Assembly (NCBI GenBank): GCA_965215125.1
Contig: OZ244052.1
Coordinates: 640,001-704,000, forward strand
Length of the DNA stretch: 64,000 bases
Direction of reading: 5' to 3'
DNA from: an uncultured candidatus Porisulfidus sp.
GTDB lineage: Bacteria; Pseudomonadota; Gammaproteobacteria; Poriferisulfidales; Oxydemutatoraceae
Shown: positions 11,630 through 22,438 of the stretch, one piece after another
How the letters are laid out: the number at the start of each line of letters is the position of its first letter
Numbering within the stretch: position 1 is the first letter of the stretch
The notes under the pieces: model-generated
Database searches by the model: none
What the model was told of the DNA's origin: nothing
What the model saw: only the letters and a program-made list of their open reading frames with translations
Position numbers and translations under genes: made by a program

Positions 11630-12760
11630 ATGGCAAAAGAATATTACGAAACACTGGGTGTCTCTCGGCAAGCCGGTGCCGATGAAATACGGAAAGCATA
11701 CCGCCGTTTGGCGATGAAATACCACCCCGACCGTAACAAAGACGACAAAAAAGCCGAACAGAAATTCAAAGAAATTAAAGCAGCTTATGATGTCCTTTCG
11801 GATGACCAAAAGCGCGCTGCGTATGATCAATTCGGGCATGCAGGTTTAGGCAATAGTGGTGCGGCAAGCGGAAGCGGTAATTACCAAGATATATTCGGCG
11901 ATATATTTGAAAATTTCTTCGGCGGCGGCACCTCGTTCGGACAACGTGGTGGCCGCAGCACTGCATATCGTGGCAGCGATCTTGAGTACGCACTTGATTT
12001 AACACTTGAAGAGAGTGCTTACGGCATGGAGAAAAAAATCAGAATAAAGAGCATGCAGGCCTGTGACCGTTGCGACGGCACAGGCGCGGAACCCGGTAGC
12101 GGCTTAAAAACCTGTGGAACTTGTCATGGTAGCGGTCAGATTAATATGCAACAAGGTTTTATATCGTTTCAACAAACTTGTCCGACTTGCGGAGGGCGCG
12201 GTAAAATAATAGCCGACCCGTGTACAAAATGTCATGGGCGAGGACGAATAGAAGTACCCAGAACACTGTCGGTTAAAGTGCCCGCAGGAATAGACGACGG
12301 CGATAGTATACGATTGTCGAGCGAAGGAGAAGCAGGTATAGGTGGCGGATCTCCCGGCGATTTATTTATACGGATACGAATACGCCCGCACGAAGTATTC
12401 AAACGTCGCAACGGTAATTTGTTTATAGAAGTTCCGGTCTCTTTTCCTACGGCTGCCTTAGGTGGAGAGATAGAAATACCGTCTCTAGGAGGAAGGCTTA
12501 AACTCAAGATACCCAAAGGCACACAAAGTGGAAAAAACTTTAGAATGAGAGGAAAAGGGATTAAACACTTACGCGGCGGTGGTAGCGGCGACCTGATATG
12601 TCGTATAAACGTAGAAACACCGATTAACCTAACGTCTCGTCAAATGGGATTATTAGAAGAGCTCAACGGTTCATTGTCGGGTGCCAAACACTCACCTCGC
12701 TCGGAAAACTGGCTTGACGGCATCAAGAAGTTCTTGAATAAATTTGACCTCAACATATAA
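11630..12760 (+). CDS. dnaJ: Chaperone DnaJ
   Basis: J-domain with HPD, G/F-rich region, four CxxCxGxG repeats. Confidence 0.98.
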   Translation: MAKEYYETLGVSRQAGADEIRKAYRRLAMKYHPDRNKDDKKAEQKFKEIKAAYDVLSDDQKRAAYDQFGHAGLGNSGAASGSGNYQDIFGDIFENFFGGGTSFGQRGGRSTAYRGSDLEYALDLTLEESAYGMEKKIRIKSMQACDRCDGTGAEPGSGLKTCGTCHGSGQINMQQGFISFQQTCPTCGGRGKIIADPCTKCHGRGRIEVPRTLSVKVPAGIDDGDSIRLSSEGEAGIGGGSPGDLFIRIRIRPHEVFKRRNGNLFIEVPVSFPTAALGGEIEIPSLGGRLKLKIPKGTQSGKNFRMRGKGIKHLRGGGSGDLICRINVETPINLTSRQMGLLEELNGSLSGAKHSPRSENWLDGIKKFLNKFDLNI

Positions 12761-12816
12761 GTTTATGTAACAAAAGACTATAATTTTAATAACAGCGATA
12801 CGACTACTCTATAAAA

Positions 12817-13599
12817 ATGGAAAAAAAACAAATCAAAGTTGCAATCAACGGCGCGGCAGGCCGTATGGGGCGTGCAATTTCCGAAGTGATAGATGGGCGC
12901 AAAGATATGATTATTAGCCATGCCTACGATCGTCCCGGTTCTAAGGCCATAGCCAAACACCTATGCGATATCTCCGGCAGTCAATCTCAAGTGATCGTAG
13001 AAGCGTCCGATACGATACGCAAAGGTCGTTTTGATGTATTGATTGATTTTTCTATGCCCTCCTCGGTAATCGATGCAGTGCAACATTGCCTGCAAGTTAA
13101 GCAGCCTATGGTCATCGGCGTAACCGGTTTCAGCGATACGCAAAAGGAGAAACTGCAAGCATTTGCCGAAGAAATTCCTGTATTAATGTCGCCGAATATG
13201 AGCATCGGTGTTAATCTATGTTTTGCTCTATTGGCGCGTATAACGCAAACGGCTTGGGGTAAAAACGCACAAGTTGAAATTATAGAAACACATCACCGAA
13301 ACAAAAAAGATAAGCCATCGGGAACCGCACTCAGAATGGGCGAGATTATTGCCGAAAAAAAAGGTGTCGATTTAAGCGACATCGCGATGGAATCTTATCG
13401 GGAAGGCGAAATAATGGGAGAACATAAAGTCTTCTTTTCCACAAACAACGAGCGTATAGAACTGAGGCACGAAGCCATGGATCGTTCTCCATTTGCCAAC
13501 GGTGCGGTGCATGCCGCAGGGTGGGTCGTCAACACCCGACCAAAACCGGGAAGAATCTATACGATGAACGATGTTATAGCAACATCCAACGAAGCATAA
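12817..13599 (+). CDS. dapB: 4-hydroxy-tetrahydrodipicolinate reductase
   Basis: GAAGRMG, IDFS, GVTG, SPNMSIGVN, ETHHRNKKDKPSGTAL; follows dnaJ. Confidence 0.96.
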   Translation: MEKKQIKVAINGAAGRMGRAISEVIDGRKDMIISHAYDRPGSKAIAKHLCDISGSQSQVIVEASDTIRKGRFDVLIDFSMPSSVIDAVQHCLQVKQPMVIGVTGFSDTQKEKLQAFAEEIPVLMSPNMSIGVNLCFALLARITQTAWGKNAQVEIIETHHRNKKDKPSGTALRMGEIIAEKKGVDLSDIAMESYREGEIMGEHKVFFSTNNERIELRHEAMDRSPFANGAVHAAGWVVNTRPKPGRIYTMNDVIATSNEA

Positions 13600-13675
13600 A
13601 CTTGGGGCTGTTGAAAATAAAACCGCCACATAAAATATTTATCCATCTAATTTACGATAATCACCTATAGAGGCA

Positions 13676-13764
13676 GACTTTACATTTTGTAATGTCAGCG
13701 TTACTCAATGTGCCGGGGTTCTGCACAACATTACGCCGATTGACCTACCGGCTCAATCGGCGGC
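13676..13764 (-). repeat. Palindromic repeat family 1 copy (reverse orientation)
   Basis: CGCCGATTGA(13734-13743)-CCTACCGGC-TCAATCGGCG(13753-13762); on the minus strand it continues TAATGTTGTGCAGAACCCCGGCA...TACAAAATGTAAAG like the copies at 19.7 and 58.7 kb. Confidence 0.9.
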
Positions 13765-13814
13765 ATGACCGGTGTTTGAATAATGTACTTCTAACATATA
13801 GAATAAGCAATCTG

Positions 13815-14315
13815 ATGGTTAAGAAACTTCCTTTGGTGGTTCGGCCCGACACGTTGGCACAAAATAAGACAAGAATTGAGGGTTATTTGGCAATAGAAAA
13901 ATTACCCAGATTGTCGCTTATGTGTCCGTCTTCCCGAACGCCTATAGAAGCGACGCTTGATTTCGGGTTGCACACCGCTTACGGTTGCGTGTCTCTAAAA
14001 ATAGGGATTGCGGCAACATTGGTTTTGGAGTGTCAGAGATGTTTATCACCGATGCAGTGGAAAACTCGGCTTGAAAATCGGCTGTGTATCGTTGAAAACG
14101 ATGCACACGCGCGTCGTTTGCCGAATAGCACGGACTATTATGTTTGCACTTCGGGTAGAATATCTATAGCCGATTTAATAGAAGACGAGTTGTTATTGGT
14201 GATACCGCAAAACCCGATGCACAATAGCAAAGACGAGTGCAACCCGGAGTTTATCGGTTATTTAAGTCGCTACCGTTGTCAAGGCAAAAGGGAAAATGTC
14301 AAAGAAATAGAGTAA
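13815..14315 (+). CDS. yceD: YceD/DUF177 family protein
   Basis: LECQRCL and LIEDELLLVIPQNPMH motifs; upstream of rpmF. The longer ORF-track start (13692) reads through the repeat, so ATG 13815 is preferred. Confidence 0.88.
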   Translation: MVKKLPLVVRPDTLAQNKTRIEGYLAIEKLPRLSLMCPSSRTPIEATLDFGLHTAYGCVSLKIGIAATLVLECQRCLSPMQWKTRLENRLCIVENDAHARRLPNSTDYYVCTSGRISIADLIEDELLLVIPQNPMHNSKDECNPEFIGYLSRYRCQGKRENVKEIE

Positions 14316-14334
14316 TTATTTTTAGGAGATAAAC

Positions 14335-14538
14335 ATGGCTGTACAGCAAAACAGAAAAACTCGTGCCAAACGAGATATGCGCCGTTCGCACGATAAAGTT
14401 AAACCTGCCACTTTATCGATTGATTCTACGACCGGTACTAAACATCGACGTCATCATATCAGCGACGACGGTTTTTATCGCGGCGAAGAGGTGATCGTTC
14501 AAGAAATATATAGCGAAGAGGAAGAAGAAAAAGAATAG
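14335..14538 (+). CDS. rpmF: 50S ribosomal protein L32
   Basis: [20 protein letters not shown]...[13 protein letters not shown]; Cys-free form with acidic tail. Confidence 0.97.
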   Translation: MAVQQNRKTRAKRDMRRSHDKVKPATLSIDSTTGTKHRRHHISDDGFYRGEEVIVQEIYSEEEEEKE

Positions 14539-14577
14539 GCAAGCAGGTATTGCCTTCTTTGTTCATATCCTAAAATT

Positions 14578-15594
14578 ATGAACGATCGCGTCAGTGTAGC
14601 CATAGACTCAATGAGCGGTGATCACGGTCTGGACGTGACCGTGCCGGCAGCGATTTCTGCGATTGCCAGATATAACGATTTGCATCTATTAGTGGTGGGT
14701 GATAGCAATTTGATAGAATCGAAGTTATCTGCACTCGATATAGACACTAGGCAACGTGTAGATTGCGTCCATAGTACGCAAATCGTAGAAATGCACGAAC
14801 CACCCACCGTTGCGCTACGCACAAAAAAAGATTCTTCAATGCGAATTGCGATCAACTTGATTAGAGAGAACCGCGCCCAAGCCTGCGTGAGCGCGGGAAA
14901 TACCGGTGCATTAACCGCAATATCACGCTATATATTGCGCACTCTAGCCGGTATCGACCGACCGGCAATAATTACCGCTTTGCCGACAACCAAAGGACAT
15001 ACCTACATGCTCGATTTGGGGGCAAACGTAGATTGCAAAGCGGAACATTTATTCCAATTTTCGGTCATGGGTGCAGTACTAGCTTCGGCGGTCGACGGAT
15101 TGGAGACTCCTCGCGTCGGCCTACTCAACATAGGAGAAGAAACTATCAAAGGCAACGATCAGATCAAAGAAGCCGATCGTCAGCTACGCGCCAGTAAACT
15201 TAACTATATAGGTTATGTCGAAGCCAACCGTATCTACGAAGGTGTCGCAGATGTAGTCATAACCGACGGTTTCGTCGGCAACGTTGCCTTGAAAACAGCC
15301 GAAGGCACGGCTGCTTTTATTTCCCATTCTCTCAAGCAAGCATTTAAGCGTAACTTAATGACTAAATTCAGTGCTATGCTCGCTCAGCCTACGCTTAAAC
15401 TGATTGCCCAAACTATAGATGCGCGTAGTTATAACGGTGCCAGTTTGCTGGGCTTGCAAGGTGTGGTAATCAAAAGTCATGGCAGTGCCGACCGATTAGC
15501 TTTTGAAAAAGCAATAGAGGTGGCACGATTAGAAGCCATGAAACAGGTACCGCAGATGATAGACAAACAACTCGAAGAAATGCTCGTCGACTAA
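14578..15594 (+). CDS. plsX: Phosphate acyltransferase PlsX
   Basis: [42 protein letters not shown]. Confidence 0.97.
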   Translation: MNDRVSVAIDSMSGDHGLDVTVPAAISAIARYNDLHLLVVGDSNLIESKLSALDIDTRQRVDCVHSTQIVEMHEPPTVALRTKKDSSMRIAINLIRENRAQACVSAGNTGALTAISRYILRTLAGIDRPAIITALPTTKGHTYMLDLGANVDCKAEHLFQFSVMGAVLASAVDGLETPRVGLLNIGEETIKGNDQIKEADRQLRASKLNYIGYVEANRIYEGVADVVITDGFVGNVALKTAEGTAAFISHSLKQAFKRNLMTKFSAMLAQPTLKLIAQTIDARSYNGASLLGLQGVVIKSHGSADRLAFEKAIEVARLEAMKQVPQMIDKQLEEMLVD

Positions 15595-15598
15595 GACT

Positions 15599-16549
15599 AT
15601 GGCTATTTATACAAAAATAACCGGTAGCGGATCCTATTTGCCCGAGAAAATTCTAAGCAACAAAGACCTGGAGAAAGTTGTCGACACCTCCGACCAGTGG
15701 ATACGCGAGCGTACCGGAGTAAAACAAAGACATATTGCGGCAAACGGAGAAACCGGCAGTCAACTCGCTTACTATGCCTCACGCAAGGCGATGGAAATGG
15801 CATTGGTGACCAACAAAGACATTGATCTGTTAATTTGCGCAACAACCACCCCCGATAAAATATTTCCCAGCAACGCCTGTGTCATACAGCGCAGATTAGG
15901 TGTGCATCGGTGTCCGGCTTTTGATATACAAGCAGCCTGCACCGGTTTTATTTATGCTATGGATATTGCCAATCGCTTCATTAAAATGGGCAGTGCCAAG
16001 TGTGCTTTGGTAATCGGGTCGGAGATATTGTCTCGCATCATAGACTGGAGTGATCGTTCAACCTGCGTGCTTTTCGGAGACGGTGCCGGTGCGGTCGTGT
16101 TGCAAGCCGATACCGAACCCGGTATCTATTCAACTCACATACACGCAGACGGTCAGTACGAGGAATTATTGTATGTAGACGGGATGCCGGCATCGGACAA
16201 TTGTTACATCAGAATGAAAGGAAGCGAGGTATTCAAGACCGCAGTTCAAACTTTGGGACAAATTGTAGATGAAACACTGGAGGCGAATAATTTAGACCGT
16301 AGTGCTATAGATTGGCTGGTGCCTCACCAAGCTAATTTACGAATTCTTGCCGCAATAGCTAAAAAACTCGCACTACCGATGGAACGCGTCGTCGTCACCG
16401 TCGACAAGCACGCAAATACTTCGGCTGCGTCAATACCGCTGGCACTCGACGAGGCAGTCAGAGATCAACGCATACGATCGGGAGACACCGTGATGCTGGA
16501 AGCCTTCGGTAGCGGTTTTACTTGGGGGTCTGCACTACTAAAGTTTTAG
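15599..16549 (+). CDS. fabH: Beta-ketoacyl-ACP synthase III
   Basis: AACTGF (catalytic Cys), FGDGAGA, HQANLRI, NTSAAS, GSGFTWG. Confidence 0.97.
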   Translation: MAIYTKITGSGSYLPEKILSNKDLEKVVDTSDQWIRERTGVKQRHIAANGETGSQLAYYASRKAMEMALVTNKDIDLLICATTTPDKIFPSNACVIQRRLGVHRCPAFDIQAACTGFIYAMDIANRFIKMGSAKCALVIGSEILSRIIDWSDRSTCVLFGDGAGAVVLQADTEPGIYSTHIHADGQYEELLYVDGMPASDNCYIRMKGSEVFKTAVQTLGQIVDETLEANNLDRSAIDWLVPHQANLRILAAIAKKLALPMERVVVTVDKHANTSAASIPLALDEAVRDQRIRSGDTVMLEAFGSGFTWGSALLKF

Positions 16550-16562
16550 GCCCTTATAGACC

Positions 16563-17204
16563 ATGACTCGCTTTTTTAGCCCTAGCTGTAGACGTTGTAG
16601 TCGTCTAAGCGAGTATCTGATACAGATTAAGAAAATATATCCCGATTATCATTGTGCGCCGGTACCACCTTTAGGGCCTTTGGATGCTCGGCTGGTTATC
16701 GTCGGCCTAGCACCCGGCAAACACGGGGCGAACCGTAGCGGCAGGGTTTTCACCGGCGACTATGCGGGTGTAGTGCTTTACAAAACACTCTATAAATACG
16801 GGTTCAGCAATCAACCTACATCGATTTCTCATGACGACTCTCTCGTATTAAATAACTGTAGGATTACCAATGCCGTCAAATGCTTGCCGCCGGATAATAA
16901 ACCCAATCTTGCGGAGATTAAAACTTGCAACCGTTTTCTTAAAGCGGAAATACGAGCATTGCAACCCAATGCGATTTTACTCGCTTTGGGACATATCGCA
17001 CATTCGGCAATCGTGCGCGCCTACGGCTTAAGGCAATCCGAATATCGCTTCAAGCACGGTCGTGTATATTCTCTTCCCGACAACAAAAAGTTAATAGATT
17101 CCTACCATTGCAGCCGCTATAACATTCAGACCCAACGTTTGACCCGGAGGCAATTCGAGGCTATTTTTGCAAAGATTGTTAAACTAATCTCTTGCCACGA
17201 TTAA
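16563..17204 (+). CDS. Uracil-DNA glycosylase, family 5 (UdgB-like, Fe-S)
   Basis: CRRCSRL, GLAPGKHGANRSGRVFTGD, NAVKCLPPDNKP, SYHCSRYN. Confidence 0.9.
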   Translation: MTRFFSPSCRRCSRLSEYLIQIKKIYPDYHCAPVPPLGPLDARLVIVGLAPGKHGANRSGRVFTGDYAGVVLYKTLYKYGFSNQPTSISHDDSLVLNNCRITNAVKCLPPDNKPNLAEIKTCNRFLKAEIRALQPNAILLALGHIAHSAIVRAYGLRQSEYRFKHGRVYSLPDNKKLIDSYHCSRYNIQTQRLTRRQFEAIFAKIVKLISCHD

Positions 17205-17238
17205 ATATGTTTTAGACGCGACAAAGAGGTATATACCG

Positions 17239-19059
17239 ATGAGTGAGTTTGATGCTAAAGAATTCATAGCCACCCTACCCCATGTATCGGGCACTTATCA
17301 AATGCTCGATACCACGGGAGAACGGCTCTATGTAGGCAAAGCAAAAGACCTCAAAAAGCGTGTCGCCTCGTACTTTAGAAAACACGGTTTGTCGCAAAAA
17401 ACCAAAAGCATGGTCGATCAAATTGCCGATATTAGGATTACAGTGACGCAAACCGAATCCGAAGCCTTATTACTGGAAAATAACTTAATCAAAAAATACA
17501 TGCCGCGCTATAACGTGCTATTGCGCGACGACAAAAGTTATCCTTATATCTATATATCGAATAACGAGAAATTTCCACGCATCGCTTTTTATCGCGGAGC
17601 CCGCAATACAGACGAACATTATTACGGGCCGTATCCCAGTGTCGCTGCGGTAAGGCTTACGATCAACCTGCTCCAAAAACTATTCAAGCTACGCACGTGC
17701 CAGCCCTCGTATTTTAAGAACCGCACCCGCCCGTGCCTGCAATATCAAATCAAAAGATGCAGTGCCCCTTGTGTAAACTATATTGCTCCACAAGATTATC
17801 GACAAGAATTATCGCACGCCATACAATTCTTGGAGGGTAATAGCCGAAGCCTAATCGAAACCTTAATTAAACGCATGGACAAAGCTGCACACGCCTTAAA
17901 TTACGAGGAAGCGGCGCACTACAGAGATCAAGTTGCGTTGTTGCGACAAGTCTCCGACCAGCAACTCATCACCGGTGAAGGCGGAGATACCGACATCATC
18001 GCCGGAGGAATCAAAGAAACACATGCTTGCGTGCAAGTGTTCAACATTCGCGGTGGAATGAATATAGGCAACAAGGCCTTCTATCCGAACTTGCCGAATA
18101 GCGATATCGGCATGGCGCGACTGTTGACCACATTCGCCGGGCAGTATTATCTCAAGCACCCCATCCCGGATGAAATTATTTTTAGCCATAAACCGGATGA
18201 CCAAACTACTCTAACGAACATGTTAATCGAAAAATCCGGTCGTAAAGTCAAATTGATTACTCGGACGGTGCGTGGCAAGAAGAGAAAATATCTGGAACTT
18301 GCGACTAAGAATGCCGATATTGCGTTGAAAGCCAAATTGTTATCCCGCGCCGGCATGCACAAACGACTACAAAGCCTGCAAGAAGCACTCAATTTATCGG
18401 AACTTCCCGTCCGTATGGAATGTTTTGACATCAGTCATACTATGGGTGAAAAAACCGTAGGTGCTTGTGTGGTATTCGATCAAACCGGTGCACTCAAACA
18501 GGAATACAGACTTTTTAACATCACCGACATCATCGGTGGCGACGACTACGCAGCGATGAAACAAGCACTACAAAGACGTTATCGGCGCGTTAAATCAAAC
18601 GACGGTAAAATACCTAATTTACTCTTTATAGACGGAGGCAAAGGACAAACCAAAGAAGCACAAAAAGTTCTAAAAGAACTTAATCTGCCCGATGTGACTA
18701 TCGTCGGTATCGCTAAGGGAGTTGAAAGAAAGCCCGGATTAGAAACATTAATACACGGCGACCTCGGCATAGACATAAAACTGGACGCGGATTCGCCGGC
18801 ATTGCATCTGATACAGCAGATACGAGACGAAGCGCATCGCTTTGCCATCAGCGGGCATCGCCGGCAACGCGACAAAGCCAGACGACACTCACCGCTAGAG
18901 GATATACCGGGACTGGGAACGAAGCGACGCCAATCTTTATTACGCTATTTCGGTGGTTGGCAAGGTGTCAATAGAGCGAGCATAGAAGAACTCGGGAAGG
19001 TGCCGGGAATCAGCCTGAAACTAGCGGGATTGATCTATCAAACATTACACGAAGAGTAA
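17239..19059 (+). CDS. uvrC: Excinuclease ABC subunit C
   Basis: GIY-YIG N-terminus (LYVGKAKDLKKRVASYF), Cys cluster, ECFDISH, DGGKGQ, RDEAHRFA, HhH. Confidence 0.98.
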   Translation: MSEFDAKEFIATLPHVSGTYQMLDTTGERLYVGKAKDLKKRVASYFRKHGLSQKTKSMVDQIADIRITVTQTESEALLLENNLIKKYMPRYNVLLRDDKSYPYIYISNNEKFPRIAFYRGARNTDEHYYGPYPSVAAVRLTINLLQKLFKLRTCQPSYFKNRTRPCLQYQIKRCSAPCVNYIAPQDYRQELSHAIQFLEGNSRSLIETLIKRMDKAAHALNYEEAAHYRDQVALLRQVSDQQLITGEGGDTDIIAGGIKETHACVQVFNIRGGMNIGNKAFYPNLPNSDIGMARLLTTFAGQYYLKHPIPDEIIFSHKPDDQTTLTNMLIEKSGRKVKLITRTVRGKKRKYLELATKNADIALKAKLLSRAGMHKRLQSLQEALNLSELPVRMECFDISHTMGEKTVGACVVFDQTGALKQEYRLFNITDIIGGDDYAAMKQALQRRYRRVKSNDGKIPNLLFIDGGKGQTKEAQKVLKELNLPDVTIVGIAKGVERKPGLETLIHGDLGIDIKLDADSPALHLIQQIRDEAHRFAISGHRRQRDKARRHSPLEDIPGLGTKRRQSLLRYFGGWQGVNRASIEELGKVPGISLKLAGLIYQTLHEE

Positions 19060-19626
19060 ATGAAAGCTAAATTACCGAACATTTTAACATTCTCGCGTAT
19101 TCTGTTGATACCGTTGTTGATATTGTTTTTTTATCTGCCCTATCGCTGGAGTTTATATTTTTGCACGCTGATATTTATACTCGCAATGCTAACCGATTGG
19201 CTGGACGGTTATCTAGCAAGACGTTTTAATCAGCAAAGTTCTTTCGGGGCATTTTTGGATCCTGTCGCGGACAAACTGGTAATCAGCACCGCGCTAATCC
19301 TCATCGTCAGCCGGCAACAGGACTGGGTCATCACCTTGCCGGCATTGGTTATCGTTGGTAGAGAAATCGCAGTCAGCGCGCTACGCGAATGGATGGCAGA
19401 GTTAGGGCAAAGGTCTTTGCTCGCAGTCTCGGTTATCGCCAAGATAAAGACTGCCGCACAGGCTGCCGCAATCGCTACATTGCTATGGCACTATCCGATA
19501 CTCGGCGTAGATATACATCGTCTAGGATTGATACTGCTATATTTTGCCGCAATACTCACACTGATTTCCATGTTTGACTATCTAAAAATAGCGTGGAAAT
19601 CGATGCGTAATAGAACCGCCGATTGA
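19060..19626 (+). CDS. pgsA: CDP-diacylglycerol--glycerol-3-phosphate 3-phosphatidyltransferase
   Basis: PNILT, TDWLDGYLARR...GAFLDPVADK motif; follows uvrC. Confidence 0.97.
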   Translation: MKAKLPNILTFSRILLIPLLILFFYLPYRWSLYFCTLIFILAMLTDWLDGYLARRFNQQSSFGAFLDPVADKLVISTALILIVSRQQDWVITLPALVIVGREIAVSALREWMAELGQRSLLAVSVIAKIKTAAQAAAIATLLWHYPILGVDIHRLGLILLYFAAILTLISMFDYLKIAWKSMRNRTAD

Positions 19627-19769
19627 GCTTGTAGGGGCAGAATAAAGCCGCCGATTGAGCCGGTGGGTCAATCGGCAATTCTGATGTCCGCCCGATAGGT
19701 CAATCGGCGTGATATTGTACAGAACCCCGGCATATACAAAATGTAAAGCCTTTTCATGTGGTAGTTTCA
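19611..19769 (+). repeat. Palindromic repeat family 1, composite/nested copy
   Basis: TAGAACCGCCGATTGAGC-TTGTAGGGGCAGAATAAA-GCCGCCGATTGAGCCGGTGGGTCAATCGGC-AATTCTGATGTCCGCCCGA-TAGGTCAATCGGCG-TGATATTGTACAGAACC...TACAAAATGTAAAGCCTTT; closely matches 47200-47314. Confidence 0.92.
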
Positions 19770-19851
19770 AACGCGCTGCACTCGCATAATAAATATATTC
19801 ATCTATCAAATTGATGGGCACCTATCATGGCCTACATTATGATTATGGTAT

Positions 19852-19927
19852 TGGTGGAGCCGAGGGGATTCGAACCCCCGACCTCGACAATGCGAATGTC
19901 GCGCTCTCCCAACTGAGCTACGGCCCC
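19852..19927 (-). tRNA. tRNA-Ala(CGC)
   Basis: Minus strand GGGGCCGTAGCTCAGTTGGGAGAGCG-CGACA-TTCGCAT-TGTCG-AGGTCGGGGGTTCGAATCCCCTCGGCTCCACCA; G3:U70 alanine identity pair. Confidence 0.97.
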
Positions 19928-19968
19928 GTGAATCATTCGTGTATTGTATGACGATTGGGTATGTAGGT

Positions 19969-20928
19969 CTAGCTTCGCATCGCTATACCCGAAAGATCCC
20001 AAAGTTCCTTGGGCAATCTAAATGTCACCGTTTCCTCAATACCCGCTTGTTCTACAACTTCGGTTGCTCCGTAATCTTTGAGTTTCTGTACAACCTGTTT
20101 GACCAAAGTCTCGGGCGCGGATGCACCCGCCGAAAGCCCTATACATTTTTTACCGGCCAACCACTTCGGTAGGATCTCGTCGGGCATATCGATCAAATAG
20201 GATTCAACGCCTTGCTTAACCGCAATTTCGTGTAGGCGATTGGAGTTTGAACTATTCTTGGAACCCACGATTAACATTAAATCACATACTTTAACCAGTT
20301 TCTTGACCGTGTTTTGGCGGTTTTGGGTCGCATAACAAATGTCGTCTTTGCGAGGTCTGCGTATGCTCGGAAAACGTTCCACCAATATCTTTATAATCTC
20401 GGCAGTATCGTCCAACGACAATGTCGTTTGCGTTACCATCGCAACTTTATTTGCATTGCGAACTTGTACCCGTTCGGCATCTTGGGTGGATTCCACTAAA
20501 AAAATAGCGTCGGCCGAGGTTGTGTCGTATTGTCCCATCGTCCCGTCGACTTCCGGATGCCCGCGATGCCCTATCAGAATCGTCTCATAACCATCTTGTT
20601 GATTTTTTAATACTTCTAAATGTACTTTGGTAACCAGCGGACAGGTAGCGTCTATCACGCGCAGTCGGCGGCGGCGAGCTTCGGCCCGCACATCCCGAGA
20701 AACACCGTGCGCACTAAAAACAACAACCGACTCTTCGGGTATTTCGTTTAATTCTTCGACAAAAACAGCCCCCTTATCTCTAAGTTCCGTCACCACATAG
20801 CGATTATGCACAACCTCGTGCCGCACATAGATAGGCTTACCGAGCATAGCCAATGCACGCTCTACTATCTCAACGGCTCTATCTACACCGGCACAAAAGC
20901 CTCTGGGGTTGGCTAAAAGAATTTTCAT
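19969..20928 (-). CDS. ispH: 4-hydroxy-3-methylbut-2-enyl diphosphate reductase
   Basis: [47 protein letters not shown]. Confidence 0.98.
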   Translation of the reverse strand: MKILLANPRGFCAGVDRAVEIVERALAMLGKPIYVRHEVVHNRYVVTELRDKGAVFVEELNEIPEESVVVFSAHGVSRDVRAEARRRRLRVIDATCPLVTKVHLEVLKNQQDGYETILIGHRGHPEVDGTMGQYDTTSADAIFLVESTQDAERVQVRNANKVAMVTQTTLSLDDTAEIIKILVERFPSIRRPRKDDICYATQNRQNTVKKLVKVCDLMLIVGSKNSSNSNRLHEIAVKQGVESYLIDMPDEILPKWLAGKKCIGLSAGASAPETLVKQVVQKLKDYGATEVVEQAGIEETVTFRLPKELWDLSGIAMRS

Positions 20929-21452
20929 TGCGTATTCGGAACCTTGTCGCGAAGGGCTACGACTATGATCATCAGCGCACCGACGGTGATGCCTATATCC
21001 GCTATGTTAAATGTCGGCCAATGATAGGACCGATAATAAACATCCAAAAAATCGACAACCGCGCCCCTGAACAGACGATCGATTAAATTACCCAAGGCAC
21101 CTCCCATTATCATTACTATGCCGGTAGCCGACATGACTGCGCCCGGTTCTCCGGGTTTCAACTTTCTGAGTAGAGACCAAAGAATACCGCATACGACCAC
21201 CGTCACTATAACGAAAAACCATCGTTGCCATCCACCCGCCTCGCTGAGCAAACTAAAAGCGGCACCGGTGTTGTACCACAAAGTCAAATTAAACGACGGC
21301 ATGACAGGATAAGGCTGACCTTGGAGTAACCACGATTCCGCAAACCCTTTGCTGATTTGATCCAGCAATACGATGAGTAGGACAACCCCGAGCCATTTAT
21401 AGTGGTAATTTTTCAATAATGCTCGTTGGGCGGTATTGGTGGAAGCATCCAT
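20925..21452 (-). CDS. lspA: Lipoprotein signal peptidase II
   Basis: [31 protein letters not shown]. Confidence 0.97.
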   Translation of the reverse strand: MDASTNTAQRALLKNYHYKWLGVVLLIVLLDQISKGFAESWLLQGQPYPVMPSFNLTLWYNTGAAFSLLSEAGGWQRWFFVIVTVVVCGILWSLLRKLKPGEPGAVMSATGIVMIMGGALGNLIDRLFRGAVVDFLDVYYRSYHWPTFNIADIGITVGALMIIVVALRDKVPNTQ

Positions 21453-21470
21453 TTTGTGCGGTAGAAAATT

Positions 21471-21869
21471 CTAGTCGGAAAGATTTTTTCTTTTTATCAA
21501 TCTCCAATGCACCATAAACAAGATGACCTGAATCAACAAAACAATGGAATACTGCACGATGTCCTGCAAGCCCTCTCTTTGTTCCCCTTTGAGCGCAATG
21601 CGATACGCCGCTTTGCGTGCTTCAGTGATCTCCTGTTCCGACATATTTTTTAATTTATCGGCAAAACTCTCGGTATCCGGACGGGTTGCGATAAATTCAT
21701 CGTTACTTTGGTATTTTGAATGTTCCCAACTAGCCAAAGTCAACTCGGGTGCAGCTATGCTCGTCATAGCATAAATAAGAATCCCGAGGGCGATGCTACC
21801 TATCAGCACATTGATAAAACAAACCGCAAAAGCATAAAGCTCAAGAAATGTCCTTTTAGTCATTGCCAT
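21471..21869 (-). CDS. Hypothetical membrane protein (2 TM)
   Basis: Hydrophobic N- and C-terminal helices ending in HWRL; AAGGAG upstream on the minus strand. Confidence 0.7.
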   Translation of the reverse strand: MAMTKRTFLELYAFAVCFINVLIGSIALGILIYAMTSIAAPELTLASWEHSKYQSNDEFIATRPDTESFADKLKNMSEQEITEARKAAYRIALKGEQREGLQDIVQYSIVLLIQVILFMVHWRLIKRKNLSD

Positions 21870-21944
21870 TTATTTCTCCTTCTCTGAGATTGTGTTCATA
21901 CTACTATTATAACGGCAGCGGTCTCTTAAAAGTATCAACATCCC

Positions 21945-22433
21945 TCAAGGCATTATCAATATCGGAGTACCTTCCTTAACAAGCTGCCAAACTATCTGCA
22001 TATCTTCATCCTTCATAGCGATGCAACCTTCGGTCCAATCGTCTGCGAGATTTCTCCTTTTGACAGGGTCGTTCGGTTCTCCATGTATCATAATATCACC
22101 GCCCGGATCTTCGCCCCTAAGTTCGGCAAGAAAACTGTCGGTGTCATTCGGAAAGGAGATGCCGAGCGAACGGAAAAAGCGACTATCGGGATTGCGTCGA
22201 TCGATATAATAAAGTCCTTCGGGGGTGCGAAGATCCCCCGATTTTTGCTTATGCCCTATCGGGTTTTGTCCGAGTGAAATTGCAAATGTGTGGGTGATTT
22301 TCCAGTTTGTCAACAAATGCAGTTTACGCTCCGATTTCTTTACCCAAATCACATTGACCTCGTTTTGCGCAGACACCGATACTCCTATCGTTGATAAGAT
22401 AGCTAAAGTAAAAATGAGTATTGCCTTTTTCAT
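21945..22433 (-). CDS. L,D-transpeptidase (YkuD) family protein, YafK/DpaA-like
   Basis: Signal peptide from MKKAILIF; KQKSGDLRTPEG, IMIHG...WTEGCIAM active-site motif. Start moved from 22670 to 22433 to avoid overlap with ftsX. Confidence 0.88.
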   Translation of the reverse strand: MKKAILIFTLAILSTIGVSVSAQNEVNVIWVKKSERKLHLLTNWKITHTFAISLGQNPIGHKQKSGDLRTPEGLYYIDRRNPDSRFFRSLGISFPNDTDSFLAELRGEDPGGDIMIHGEPNDPVKRRNLADDWTEGCIAMKDEDMQIVWQLVKEGTPILIMP

Positions 22434-22438
22434 TATTG

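Noticed and set aside
13692-13814. N-terminal extension of yceD, and similar short ORFs at 19582-19821, 31502-31759, 33802-34083, 47113-47316 and 58627-58851 sharing TPIDL/RLT.RLNRR peptides
   Set aside because: The shared peptides are translations of repeat family 1, not a protein family.
19611-19770. Repeat copies considered as a CRISPR array or CIRCE operator
   Set aside because: Copies are dispersed, not regularly spaced with unique spacers, and no cas genes are present. The IR-N9-IR geometry resembles CIRCE but the sequence differs and copies lie mostly at 3' ends.
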